Below, one piece after another: positions 21,697-32,245 of a stretch of 64,000 nt of DNA. The first letter of the stretch is position 1; each line of letters opens with the position of its first letter. The DNA comes from Chloropicon primus. Taxonomy: Eukaryota. The notes under the pieces are model-generated. The model ran no database searches. It saw only the letters and a program-made list of their open reading frames with translations, and was not told the DNA's origin. Made by a program: the position numbers and the translations under genes. The stretch lies in assembly GCA_023205875.1 (NCBI GenBank), contig CP060758.1, forward strand, positions 496,001 through 560,000, read 5' to 3'.

Positions 21697-22711
21697 TTAT
21701 GCTCCTTCGCTCGTCTTGCCAAGCACCTCGATCAGCAGCTTGGACAGCCTGTTGAGCGGCAGGCCCATCACGTTGAAGTAGCAACCCTTGATCCCCGAGA
21801 CCATGGACCCGCCGGAACCCTGGATCCCATACGAGCCTGCTTTATCCATGGGCTCCCCCGATGCAATGTACTTTGAAGTTGGAGGGGAAGAGGCACACGC
21901 GAGTCAGAAGGGAGGTGTTAACAGCGCGAGGCGTCGATCGCATGCCCAAACTCACCGCTCTGATCACTTCCTCCGGCAAAACCGAAAAGGTTACCGAAGT
22001 GCTTTCCGCACACTTTGTGAATTCCTTGGACCGCCCCCCGGACTCGAGGAGACACACGGCAACGCCGGTGTGCACCGTGTGTGTGTTTCCACTGAGCTTG
22101 GAAAGCATTCCAAACGCCTCCTCTTCCGTGGCAGGCTTCTCCATCACTGTTCAAAGACAAGTCAAGGACGAGAGGGAGAGAGAGAGAGAGAGAACATAGA
22201 GATGCGGGATCCGCGCCACGGTTAGCGACCCCCGCGTGTCCACGAGATCACGAGACAGCGGCGTGTTGGGCTTACCTTCCCCCTCCAAATCCACGACGGT
22301 ATCCGCGCCGATGATGAGATACCTGCCATCGCCATTGCCTTTCTCCCGCTCAAGAATAATGTTAGAGACGTCCTCGACCTTGTGCAAGGCAGTGTCCGCT
22401 GCATAGTCCGCCGCATTGTTCGAGTACTTGGTCTTGTCGAGATCCTCCGCGAAATTGGACACAACCGTCTCGTACTCCAACCCAAGTGACTGCAAGAGTT
22501 CCTTCCTCCTCGGTGATTGGGAAGCCAGGATCACCGAGTATTTTTTCAACTCTCCACGACAGACGTGCAACATGCCGCGGACGTTCGAAGACGCTTGCAG
22601 CGGCTCAGGACCTCGAGCGTGTGCCTTACTCGCTCTGCTTCCGAATGGCCTCCCCCTCGCTCCACCTCCGTACACGAATGGAAGAGTCGTGCTGGTCGGC
22701 CTCGCTCTCAT
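21697..22711 (-). CDS. Maf-family nucleoside triphosphate pyrophosphatase, 3 exons (22711-22276, 22146-21956, 21870-21697)
   Basis: [50 protein letters not shown] and [10 protein letters not shown] are joined by GT-AG introns. The start may instead be the ATG at 22573. Confidence 0.88.
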
Positions 22712-23081
22712 CCCTGCTGCTGGTGCTGGTGGTGAGAGGCCTGGAGGGATGGAGGAAGGGAGGAGGATCGGGGGGAGGAGGATCGGGGGGAGGAGATGGC
22801 ACCAATGTTTGGTTTGGTTGCGGGATTCTCTCTCCCCCAATCGCGTCGGAGGCGTGGACCAACAGGAGCACCGGATAAAGGGGGGGTGCGAGTGGATTGG
22901 TTGAAGAGGAGAGAGGAGTGGGGATGCTGCACCCTCTCTGTGTGTGCGTGTGTCGTCGATCGAAGAAACTTGGCCAACAAGACTGGTGACCCTCCTGGGG
23001 TTCCATTATTGTGCCAGGACCTTTGGCTTGTGCGGGAGAATGGAAGTGATTGAAAAGTATTCTACAACAAAACAATTTTTT

Positions 23082-24305
23082 TTAACCCGTGATTCCTTTC
23101 GTCCTAAAGGACGTCATGAGCTCGAGCTGGTCCACCAAGATGCAGTCATACTTGGACAGCTCACCTGTAATCGCTTGCACGACCGCTGATTTCATGCTCT
23201 CCTTGCTTGCTACCTCGATTCCGATCACTTTTGCCGCGTTACTTGGGATGGAGTTGTTGCTGTCAAGGACGTTGTTGCCATTGAACTCGTCGATTTCATC
23301 CTTCGCCAGCTTGCAGCCATTCACTTGGACAAGCTTGGCTTCCTTGCCGGATCCACCGCAGCTCGCGAGTATCGCTCTCAAGAAGGCCTTGGACGCAATG
23401 GCTGCGCCAGGCTCCTGTATCTTCAGCCTCAGCGGGAACAGCACCAAGTAGTGGTACTCGTGGCCCTCCAGAGGCTGCTCCCCCAGCGTGTCGAACATTG
23501 TCCTGTCCTCCTCGGTGGGAGTCACGAGCCCGGCAGCGCTCTGTGCTTGGGCAACCGCATCAAAGTCCCCAGTCCCCGAATGGTTCAGGAACGACCAGTT
23601 ACTTGACGATGACTTTGGCGTGAAGTCGTACACCGAGCTCCAGTAGTTGCAGAACGTGGACAAGTGCGCGCTGCTGAGCTGCTGTGCGAGCTGCTCGTAC
23701 TCGCAGGAAGAGTCGAAGCAAGCGAAGGACATGCCCGAGGAAGACTCGATGACGGGCCTCGTGGAGCAGAACAGCCTGATTTTGCAGTCTGTGCAGTCCC
23801 TCGTCCTGAGCTGCCTGCAGAGGAACAAGCAGACACAGTTCTTGCAGTTCCTTATGAAGACGCTGGACTCGGTGGGGCCGATGAATATCGTACAATCGCT
23901 GCAGTCGTCGATGGTGACGCTAGCGCAGTGGTCAAAAACAAGGATCTTGCACCTCTTGCACCCGTCAACCACGAACTGCTGCCCGTTTATCTTGCCTGGC
24001 TCCTTCACTATCGTCTCGTCTTCCGTGTTTATGCACATGAAGTCCTTCGGGTCCAGCTTCCTGCGTTTGTCCCAAGAGTACTCCTTCTTCGGTGCCTCAT
24101 CCTTCCGCACCACTGTGGGGCTGCTCTTTGGCTTGGGTGCCTCGTTGCCAGAAGACGCTGAATAGTTGGGCACGCTCGTGCTCGAAGGACTGAGTGTCTT
24201 CGTTTCCACCTCCTCCGGGTCGTTCAGCCTGTACTTGTGCGACCTGCTCCTCGCCGCCCTAGTCCTCAGACTGCTGTCGTACAGTCGGCTGAGCAAGCAA
24301 CCCAT
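23082..24305 (-). CDS. RP2: Protein XRP2/RP2 (TBCC domain, ARL3-GAP-like) with N-terminal MGC acylation motif
   Basis: MGCLLS start; YSWDKR..LDPKDF, PGKINGQQF, VTIDDC, IFIGP..SVFIRNC, CRQLRTRDC, PVIESS and WSSVYDFTP. Confidence 0.85.
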   Translation of the reverse strand: MGCLLSRLYDSSLRTRAARSRSHKYRLNDPEEVETKTLSPSSTSVPNYSASSGNEAPKPKSSPTVVRKDEAPKKEYSWDKRRKLDPKDFMCINTEDETIVKEPGKINGQQFVVDGCKRCKILVFDHCASVTIDDCSDCTIFIGPTESSVFIRNCKNCVCLFLCRQLRTRDCTDCKIRLFCSTRPVIESSSGMSFACFDSSCEYEQLAQQLSSAHLSTFCNYWSSVYDFTPKSSSSNWSFLNHSGTGDFDAVAQAQSAAGLVTPTEEDRTMFDTLGEQPLEGHEYHYLVLFPLRLKIQEPGAAIASKAFLRAILASCGGSGKEAKLVQVNGCKLAKDEIDEFNGNNVLDSNNSIPSNAAKVIGIEVASKESMKSAVVQAITGELSKYDCILVDQLELMTSFRTKGITG

Positions 24306-24895
24306 CGTCTTGCACCACGCCTCCCTTCCTTTCCTGTGTCTGTCCCCACCCACTGCTGGGACACTTCACAAACAACAACACACACAAACCGGTCCTGAGC
24401 TCCTGAACCAGCAAAGGGCAACGAAGGGAATGAAACACACCCAAAGAAACCCCCTTCGACCACTGTCTCCCTGTCCTGACGCCCTTCCCCTCTGGCCTCT
24501 GCCAACTCCCCCTGCTCGGTATTATGCAAACCCCCTTGCTCCCCCCACACACCAACCAAGCTATGCTCCTCGTGCAAAGGCCACCTAAAGAAACGTGGCA
24601 AGCGGCAAGACAATCCAATCCAATCCAATCCAAGAGACAACCTCCCAAGCCTCTTACCCACCGTGACACCTTCCCCTTGGGATGCAAACCACCGCGGCCG
24701 AGGTGCTCCTCTTCCTCAACCCAAGGTCTCTTCCTCTTCCTTTTCCTTGGGATCAGGCCCCCCTCTGTGCTTTGAAAAATTAACGTCTCTCGAGGGATAC
24801 CCGTTGGTGAAATGAAACGATTTTTTCTATTTAAAAATGAAAAAATGGAAAAACCGACAGCTGAAGAGAAGAGCACCAGGGAGCGAAGAAGGCCT

Positions 24896-24896
<1 letters not shown>

Positions 24897-24943
<47 letters not shown>
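24897..24943. repeat. (GAC)n microsatellite
   Basis: About 15 perfect GAC units. Confidence 0.9.
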
Positions 24944-24944
<1 letters not shown>

Positions 24945-25123
24945 GACGGAGGGAGAGGGAGTTCATCGTGTTCTTGTCGAACACTCGGCACGTGGCACGT
25001 GGCACCTTTCTTTTGTTTACGGAAAGAGGGAAGGAGGCTGTTTGATGTCAAGGGAGTGAGGCTTGGCTTGTTGGCATTGTTTTGTTCGAAGAGTGAGTGA
25101 AAGGGCAGGGAGTTGGAGCGAAG

Positions 25124-27217
25124 ATGGTACTCAAGGAGAGCAACAGGATTCACAGGAAGGCGAAGGGGGAGGACTCGGGAGGGATGAAGTCTCCGCTGAA
25201 GCCTCGCAAGAGTCTGACTGGGGTGTTGAGTCCAAACGACGATGCGAGGGAGAGGAAGAAGACGAGAGCGAAGCAGTCGGAGCTGAAGGCGAGGAGGAGG
25301 TCGCTGAACCTCTCCGCGGCGGAGGAAGGCGGGCGTGAGGCGACCGGGGCCGGTGCGAGGGGAGTGAAGGCGGAGAGGCAGAAGGCCAGCGTCCTCGAGC
25401 TCCAGGAGCTCTACCAAAACTGCATCAAGCTGAGCAGCGAGAACAAAATCAGCTCCAAGAACACCTGGGACTTGAACCTCATCGAGCACCTCAGCGAACT
25501 GGTCAAGCCAGAGAACAAGGTCGCGCAGGATCACGACTCGGACTTGAACTTTCAGAAAGCGAGTTGCACGTTGGACGCTGGAGTGAAAATCTACTCGTCC
25601 AGGGTGGACTCTATCCACACGGACGCCTTCAAGGTGCTTGGCGGCTTGCACAGGACCAGCAACGACCAGGAGGAGGACCATGGAGTCGGCCACGGTGCGG
25701 ATGGCGGGCCTGGAGAAAAGAAGTCCAGGAGAGCGAGGAAGCAGGTCGACGTGGACCCCTCGGCCACGTTGGAACAGAACCAAGAAGCACTCAACGTCAA
25801 GAAATTCGACCTGTCTTTCACAGTGGACCCCCTCTTCCACCAAACCTCCATGAAGTTCGATGAGGGCGGAGCCAAAGGCCTGCTGCTGAACCACTTGCAT
25901 GTCACCCAAGGCTGCGAGCTGGTGTTCGATTCCTGTGACAATCGCTTCAACAGATACATCAAGAGAAAGGGCGAGGAAGTCTCCGAGGAGGACGTTTGCA
26001 TCGATGGCTTTGAATCTATCGCAGAGCACGTCGAGGGCCTTCAGAACTGCGCTGCTTTGAGACTCACGAACTCAGCGAAGCGACTGGAGAGTGCCTTGAA
26101 CCAAAGGCCTGCGGTTGACGAGGACACGCTCTCCGGGCAAGTTCACCGGTGGCTCGTAGCCGACGCGACTGACTCCGTTGAGGACGCGGAGTTCCAAGAT
26201 GGCGGCTGCGACGAGGACGACGACCCGTGCGTGAGCGATTCTCTTGGACCCTGGATGGACTCCTCCGCGGCTGACATGGACATGGAGAGTGACGGAGAGG
26301 AGGTGAACGATAGTGACATGGGCAGCTTCCGGCCCCCTGCTTTCGGAGGCGACGATGGTTCTTCGAACGGTGGCCTTGCTCCGAGTGATGGCGTGTCTAC
26401 TGACTGGCTGAGTCAGATCGGACTGAGCTCGCAATTCAACAAGGCGTCTTGGGCAGGTATGTCTCACTGGAGGTACCGTGGCGCCCCGCCCAAAGCGAGC
26501 AACGCTGGTGGGGCTGAGAACAAGGACGGCAAGGAGGACGCGAAGAAGAAGAAGAAGAAGCAGATGATAGACTTTGAGAACCTTCCACCCCTTCCAAAGG
26601 AACCGTTTAGAACCGCAAAGTCCGAGAAGGAGATCTCACTGAAGACGGATCCCCAAAGCTCTCAAATCGAGTTCTTCCCTGAGGACGTTCATTACGAGGT
26701 TTCAAACCTTGGAAAGCTCTTCTCCAAACCAAACACGAATTTGAAGCAGCTGTACTCGAGGAGGAACGTAAGTCAGCAGGGCGAAGATTTCGACGACTAT
26801 GACGATGACTTCGGCGCCACAACTTTAGGCTTTGACGACGATGCTGAGAGTGGGGATGCGAATGCGTTTGGCTCGGACGGCCTGAGCAATGACGTGGCAA
26901 TGGAGGCCCCAAGGATGGTGGAACAGATCGACATCAACTACGACAAGACGTCCAAGCAAGTGGACGTGAAGAAGCTGAAGGAAACTCTGTGGGACTCTTT
27001 GCACAAGGATTCCGATGAAGCGGAGGAGTTAGATGACAAGGCGTACGATTTCCAGGGCGTGTTGAACACCATGGGGGATTCCATGGAAGCCGCCGGAAAG
27101 AAGGAAGACGTGTCTTTGCACATGTGTTTCATCTGCTTGCTGCACTTGGCAAACGAGAACACTCTCAAAATTGAGGATTGCCCTACCATGGACAAGCTTA
27201 CCATTACACAGGACTGA
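25124..27217 (+). CDS. NCAPH: Condensin I kleisin subunit CAP-H (barren/Brn1)
   Basis: CIKLSSENKISSKNTWDLNLIE, NFQKASCTLDAGVKIYSSRVDS, VDPLF...S.KFDEGGAKGLLLN and SLHMCFICLLHLANE. Confidence 0.93.
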   Translation: MVLKESNRIHRKAKGEDSGGMKSPLKPRKSLTGVLSPNDDARERKKTRAKQSELKARRRSLNLSAAEEGGREATGAGARGVKAERQKASVLELQELYQNCIKLSSENKISSKNTWDLNLIEHLSELVKPENKVAQDHDSDLNFQKASCTLDAGVKIYSSRVDSIHTDAFKVLGGLHRTSNDQEEDHGVGHGADGGPGEKKSRRARKQVDVDPSATLEQNQEALNVKKFDLSFTVDPLFHQTSMKFDEGGAKGLLLNHLHVTQGCELVFDSCDNRFNRYIKRKGEEVSEEDVCIDGFESIAEHVEGLQNCAALRLTNSAKRLESALNQRPAVDEDTLSGQVHRWLVADATDSVEDAEFQDGGCDEDDDPCVSDSLGPWMDSSAADMDMESDGEEVNDSDMGSFRPPAFGGDDGSSNGGLAPSDGVSTDWLSQIGLSSQFNKASWAGMSHWRYRGAPPKASNAGGAENKDGKEDAKKKKKKQMIDFENLPPLPKEPFRTAKSEKEISLKTDPQSSQIEFFPEDVHYEVSNLGKLFSKPNTNLKQLYSRRNVSQQGEDFDDYDDDFGATTLGFDDDAESGDANAFGSDGLSNDVAMEAPRMVEQIDINYDKTSKQVDVKKLKETLWDSLHKDSDEAEELDDKAYDFQGVLNTMGDSMEAAGKKEDVSLHMCFICLLHLANENTLKIEDCPTMDKLTITQD

Positions 27218-27383
27218 TTCTTTCTTTGGGAGGGGGGGATGCGAGAGAAACTATAGATCCTTTCCGCAAACTCTACTAAACACTCTATCAAAATAATTAC
27301 AGGTTCTTAGTCTTACATGCTCTGCCTTCTCTACTTCGAGGCATCGCTGTCTTTGGCCTTGCCCTTAGAAGAATCAAACCTTT

Positions 27384-28829
27384 TTAGGCTGACGAGAAGT
27401 TAACATCTGACAACAATTGCGCCCCTTGTGCTCCGTACCTCCACTCGATCGCTTCCATGACTGCGAGGTAGTGGGTATAGGCGGCAAACACGATCGCGAC
27501 ATGAAAAACTTGGTGGGAGTTGAAGAATATGTCAAACTTCCCGGGAAACATGCATTCTGGGAATTGTGTTGCGTAGACTAGAGCACCTCCCAGGTACATG
27601 GCCCCCATCGACACCTCGTATCCAAAGATTTTGTACAAGGGCCCTAAGCTCAACTCGTCGTTCCAGTGCAGAAGCGTGGCGTGAACGATCGGGAACACGG
27701 CGAAGAGTCCAAAGGCCACGAACAAGAGAGCTCGGAAGACCCTGTAATTGTCTTCCTGAAATCTGTCGAGCAAGGAAACGCCTGCGACCAGGCCCCCCAG
27801 ACCCAGGATCACCGCAAGATAAAAGTTCCTCCACATCACCTCGTTCAGGAAGGTGTAATAAACGACTGGGCAAAAGGAACCGGCGATCATCACAGCGATG
27901 CCCACGTAGTCGATCCTCCACCACCACTTGTTGGCCAGCGGGGAGCATATGGAAAAGGTGTGCGCCATGGAGGAGCTCAGCATGCAGAACATGGCCCCAA
28001 GCAGGTACAAAAAGGCGGGCCAGTACTCCACCTTGAAGTTCTTCGAGATCGTTGCCCTGAGGTGTGTCTCGAGGTCGAGAAGCTTTCCCTTGACCTCCTC
28101 CACGTGCAAGTTCTTGCCCACGTTGCGCCTCTTCAGCTCTTTCTGGAGGTACTTCAAAGTCTCCCTGAATTTTCCCCGCAGCTGAAAGCTGTGCTTCTTG
28201 TCCTTCTTGAACACGGTGCTCTCCACGTCCGTCAGGATCTTCCTGAGGTGGTCCCTCGCTTCCTCCAAGTGCAGCGCCTTTCCCAGCTGTTTTCGGGCCA
28301 TGTTCAGCAGCAGGATGGACTCCGTGTAGAGAGCCGCGGCGTCCTTGCTGGCTTGGACCAAGGACGACGACGCGGGGGGGTCCAGAGCCTCGGGGGGGCG
28401 GTGGTCCGCGCTCGTCCCGTTCCTGCTGCCCTGGTTGACCTCCATAATCGGCGGGGAGTAGCACAAGGCAATCAGGAGAGCGAAAAACAGGACAAAGCCG
28501 AAGGCGTGCGTCCAGATGTTTATGCTCTCGTTGTGAAGGGTGAAGAGCGACATGAGCGAGTCCTTCACGGTGAAGTTGACGCGGTAACCGCTCAGCACGT
28601 ACTGGTTGAATATCAGGTACCGCGGCACCCCATCCTTCTCGTATCGTCCCCCCGTCACCCTCGCCCGTATCGACCTCAGGATGTTCCCCCCGAGCGTCCC
28701 TCCCTTCTTCCTCCTCGGCCTCGCCGGCATCGACCTCGCCGCCAACATCGCGTCCTCGTCCCCATCTATCGCCTTCGCCTCCTCCTCCCTCCTCCCCTCT
28801 CTCGCCTTCTGCCTCCTCGTCACCGCCAT
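27384..28829 (-). CDS. Heptahelical transmembrane protein (PAQR/AdipoR/haemolysin-III family)
   Basis: YVLSGYR, SLFTLHNESINIWTH, SSMAH, IDYVGI and PECMFPGKFDIFFNSHQVFH. Confidence 0.9.
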   Translation of the reverse strand: MAVTRRQKAREGRREEEAKAIDGDEDAMLAARSMPARPRRKKGGTLGGNILRSIRARVTGGRYEKDGVPRYLIFNQYVLSGYRVNFTVKDSLMSLFTLHNESINIWTHAFGFVLFFALLIALCYSPPIMEVNQGSRNGTSADHRPPEALDPPASSSLVQASKDAAALYTESILLLNMARKQLGKALHLEEARDHLRKILTDVESTVFKKDKKHSFQLRGKFRETLKYLQKELKRRNVGKNLHVEEVKGKLLDLETHLRATISKNFKVEYWPAFLYLLGAMFCMLSSSMAHTFSICSPLANKWWWRIDYVGIAVMIAGSFCPVVYYTFLNEVMWRNFYLAVILGLGGLVAGVSLLDRFQEDNYRVFRALLFVAFGLFAVFPIVHATLLHWNDELSLGPLYKIFGYEVSMGAMYLGGALVYATQFPECMFPGKFDIFFNSHQVFHVAIVFAAYTHYLAVMEAIEWRYGAQGAQLLSDVNFSSA

Positions 28830-29779
28830 GGCGAGCGAACCAACAATAGCAACAACAATCCGACGACAATCACAACGCAGCGAGCGAAAAAAGGATCACG
28901 CTCGACGCCGCGACCTTGGAGCACACAAACGCGGCGCGAGCCGTCCAGTTGGAACGAGTCCTCCAAGTCGTTCAAGAACTCTCCTCCCTCTCAATACCTC
29001 GCGACACGAACTTTCTCTCTCCCACTCCCTCTCCCTCCTGCCCTGTCCTCCTTCTCGCGCGCCTCCCTCTCTATCTCTATCTCTGCCTCCCTCGTCGTCA
29101 CTCCAATCGTACGACGCGAAGCGAGGACTCCGGTTACGTAATGAGGCAACCAAGGTATCAAACGAAAGATCACGAGACGTAATTTCTCAAGGACAACCTC
29201 TTGTGTTCCCCTCGACCCTCTCCTCACCGACAAAAACCTTCAACAAACCAAGGCACCTCCGATCGCCTCCGCTCCAAGAGAAAGGCTTTCGATCCCCTTC
29301 AACGGATGGCCATGCTCATGGAGTGTAATCATCGTACACCGAAATCACTCCAAGGAGGGAAAAAGTTTTTTTTTCCCTGGTTTAGCAATCAGAGGGAAGA
29401 AGAGGCTTTGACTGCCGGGTTGCGTTGCGTTGCGTGGTTTTGTGCAACGAGGAAGTGGATTGAAGAAGAGGGAGTGCATTGAGGCGAAAGAGGAGAGAGA
29501 GATCTTTCGAACGAGCCGTCGGTCGACGTGTTTGGTGCCCGGTGTGGTGCGGGAGGTGGGAAGAAGGGCGGAGGGAGGAAGGGCTGACAAGTTGGTGGAA
29601 AGGGTGAGCTTCCTTGACGAAGCAAGGGCGGAAGAGGGGGGGAGTCGTGCGGAGGACGAAGCGGAACGAAATATCGTCTCTTGGTCTTTCGATTGTGCCG
29701 ACGGTTGTGCGTTTTGAGGAAGATAGAGGTTGGTTTGGGGTCGGACGAAGGGGAAGGGGAGGGAGGGAGGGGAGGCAGG

Positions 29780-32053
29780 ATGGAGGACTTTAGCGTGGAC
29801 CTTGATCTTGACTTGAGTGACCTCGACATCACGAGCGGGGACTTGAACTTCGCGGAGTTGAGCGAACAGTTGGCGAGGGTAGGACACCACAAGCTCATCG
29901 CGGACGCTTTTCGCAGGGCTTCCAAGGGGAGGGGGGATGCCAAGGGCCCTGGGAACATGAAGGAGCAGGCCAAGGACCTGGAGGTGACGCTGAGGCAGGT
30001 GGAGGTGGAGAGCATTGAGGGGTACGTGAACGAGTCGGGGAACTTGCAGGAGCTTCACTCGCAGATATTGGAGTGCGACGGGGTCCTGGACTCCATGGAA
30101 GACCTTCTCGGCCGGTTCCAGAGCGACTTGAGCGAGATAAGCAGCGAGATCAAGCACATCCAGAAGGAGTCCCTGAACTTGAACTTGAAGCTGAAGAACA
30201 GGAGAGCGCTCCACGAGAAGCTCAGCGTGTTTGCGGACAATATGCAGATCCCTCCCTCGTTGATCGACGTGATACTGGACAGCGAGGTCAGCAGCGCCGA
30301 GTACTTGACCTCCTTGCAGCTTCTTCACAAGAAACTGAATTTCTTGCGGACTTCCAAGGAGGCCCAGAGCTCGCTGGCCTTCCAGGACGTCGCGCCCGAG
30401 CTGTCCAAGCTGGAGAACAAGGCGGTGTCCAAAGTCAAGACTTTCCTCCTGGAGCAATTCTCTATCTTGAGGAAGCCGAAGACGAACATCCAGATCCAGC
30501 AGCAGAACCGGCTGCTTCGCTTGAAGGGCTTCGTGTCCTTCATCAAGCAGCACAACCAAGTCGCGTACAAGGAAATCAGAACGAACTACACGGAGACCGT
30601 GGGAAACATCCTCCTCAACCATTTCAGGGTGTACCTGTCCCACGTCTCGAGCCTTGAGAAGAATATGGCCGGCAAGAGCGACGTTGTCGGGTCAAGCGAC
30701 GGGGGATCCGCCTCCGGGACCGCCTCGGCACAGAGCACCTTGAGTGGCTTCTTCAATTCCATGAAACTTAGCGCTCTGAACCAGGACAGGAAAACGTCGC
30801 GGTCGTCTCAGGATAATGGCAAGTGTTTCGACTTGGGGGACAGGGGCGATATCTTGAGCAAGGTAGGCGAGAGCGCAGTGGTCCCCCACGTCGCGGAGTC
30901 TCAGGGGGTGAGGTTGCCATGCGAACAGATATTCAGGAGCATCAACAAGCTGCTGCTGGACTCCAGCTCGAGCGAGTTCATCTTCAGCACAGAGTTCTTC
31001 CGAGACCAGAAGGTGTTCCAGGAGACCATGAACGAGGTCATCGCCCTCATCAGCGACCACCTGAACGGGTGGGTGCAGGACGTCAGCGACCCCTTGGGCC
31101 TGTTCCTGATGATCAGGATAAACTACTCCCACCAGCTGATCATGCAGAGAAGGAGGCTGCCTTGCTTGGACTCCTACCTCGACAACGTCAACATGATCCT
31201 CTGGCCCAAGCTGAAGCTGGCGCTTGACAACCAGCTGCAGAGCCTGAACAACGCCCAGGTGAGCCTTGTCAAGCAGGCCAAGGGAAGGTCGATGGGGGGC
31301 AACGGTCGGTTCGTGATCGATAGCAGGCTGGCGAAGACCGTGAAGGGCATCACGACGAGGTTCGCCGACTTGCTCCTTTCGCTGATGATTCTTAACAGGG
31401 ACTTCAACCAGGGGCAGCTCGAGCGCAGCTTGGAGCGCTTGAGGTCCACGATGGAGGACCTTCTGCTCTCTGTGGCCAAGGGGATCAAGCAGGCCGCGGC
31501 ACAGGGCGGATCCAAGCCCGGGGTGTCCAGCAGTGCTTCCTTCCTGGTGAGCAACTACGGCGGCGTGACGCAGACCTGGAGGGAGAACTCGGACCAGTTG
31601 AGTTCGGAAGTGAGCCAGGGGGGCAACCAATATGGGGAGGAGATGCTGAAGCACTTTGAGGACCTTTATACGTCAAACGTGTCTCTGTATGTCGAGGAGG
31701 AGCTGAAGGGGCACTTTGGTGACATGATCAAGTTCGTGGAGAAGCTCGAGGAGACGCTGGCTCTGGAGGGCAGCTCCGGGGACATGACCAGCGAAAAGGC
31801 CCTGGCGAAGAAGATCATGGACCACTTCAGGGGTGCCTGGCAGGACGCGATCCAGGAGCTGAACACCTTAGTGCACGCCGACTTCTCGGGGGTGTCCGAG
31901 GCGCTGGCGAAGGAGGTGCTGAAGGCCGCGCTGACCCAGCTCCTGCTGTACTACACGCGCTTCGTGGAGGTGCTGAAGCAAATGTCGCCAGACCTGTTGA
32001 AGGAGTCCGTGACGATCCCTTCCATCATGTACGAGATAAAGAAGTTTCGCTAA
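29780..32053 (+). CDS. VPS52: GARP/EARP complex subunit VPS52
   Basis: LHSQILECDGVLDSME.LL..FQSDLSEISSEI, KLKNR, LDSYLDNVNMILWP and LTQLLLYYTRF. Confidence 0.92.
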   Translation: MEDFSVDLDLDLSDLDITSGDLNFAELSEQLARVGHHKLIADAFRRASKGRGDAKGPGNMKEQAKDLEVTLRQVEVESIEGYVNESGNLQELHSQILECDGVLDSMEDLLGRFQSDLSEISSEIKHIQKESLNLNLKLKNRRALHEKLSVFADNMQIPPSLIDVILDSEVSSAEYLTSLQLLHKKLNFLRTSKEAQSSLAFQDVAPELSKLENKAVSKVKTFLLEQFSILRKPKTNIQIQQQNRLLRLKGFVSFIKQHNQVAYKEIRTNYTETVGNILLNHFRVYLSHVSSLEKNMAGKSDVVGSSDGGSASGTASAQSTLSGFFNSMKLSALNQDRKTSRSSQDNGKCFDLGDRGDILSKVGESAVVPHVAESQGVRLPCEQIFRSINKLLLDSSSSEFIFSTEFFRDQKVFQETMNEVIALISDHLNGWVQDVSDPLGLFLMIRINYSHQLIMQRRRLPCLDSYLDNVNMILWPKLKLALDNQLQSLNNAQVSLVKQAKGRSMGGNGRFVIDSRLAKTVKGITTRFADLLLSLMILNRDFNQGQLERSLERLRSTMEDLLLSVAKGIKQAAAQGGSKPGVSSSASFLVSNYGGVTQTWRENSDQLSSEVSQGGNQYGEEMLKHFEDLYTSNVSLYVEEELKGHFGDMIKFVEKLEETLALEGSSGDMTSEKALAKKIMDHFRGAWQDAIQELNTLVHADFSGVSEALAKEVLKAALTQLLLYYTRFVEVLKQMSPDLLKESVTIPSIMYEIKKFR

Positions 32054-32245
32054 GAAGATGAGCGAACCAAGCCGGTCGCTGTTGTTGTATTCAAAAATAT
32101 AAGATAAGCTTTTACTCGCATTGATTGCTGTCAAAAAAGAAAAAGTTCTCAAAAAAACCATGCTCTCTCTCCGTCACCACAAAATTGCGCTTTTAACCGC
32201 GCGAAGGAAAATTTGTAAAGAAGAAAAACCAGAACGCCCTCCCTC

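Noticed and set aside
1428..32053. SEC6 and VPS52 as a tethering-complex cluster
   Set aside because: They are 26 kb apart among unrelated genes, so this is most likely coincidence.
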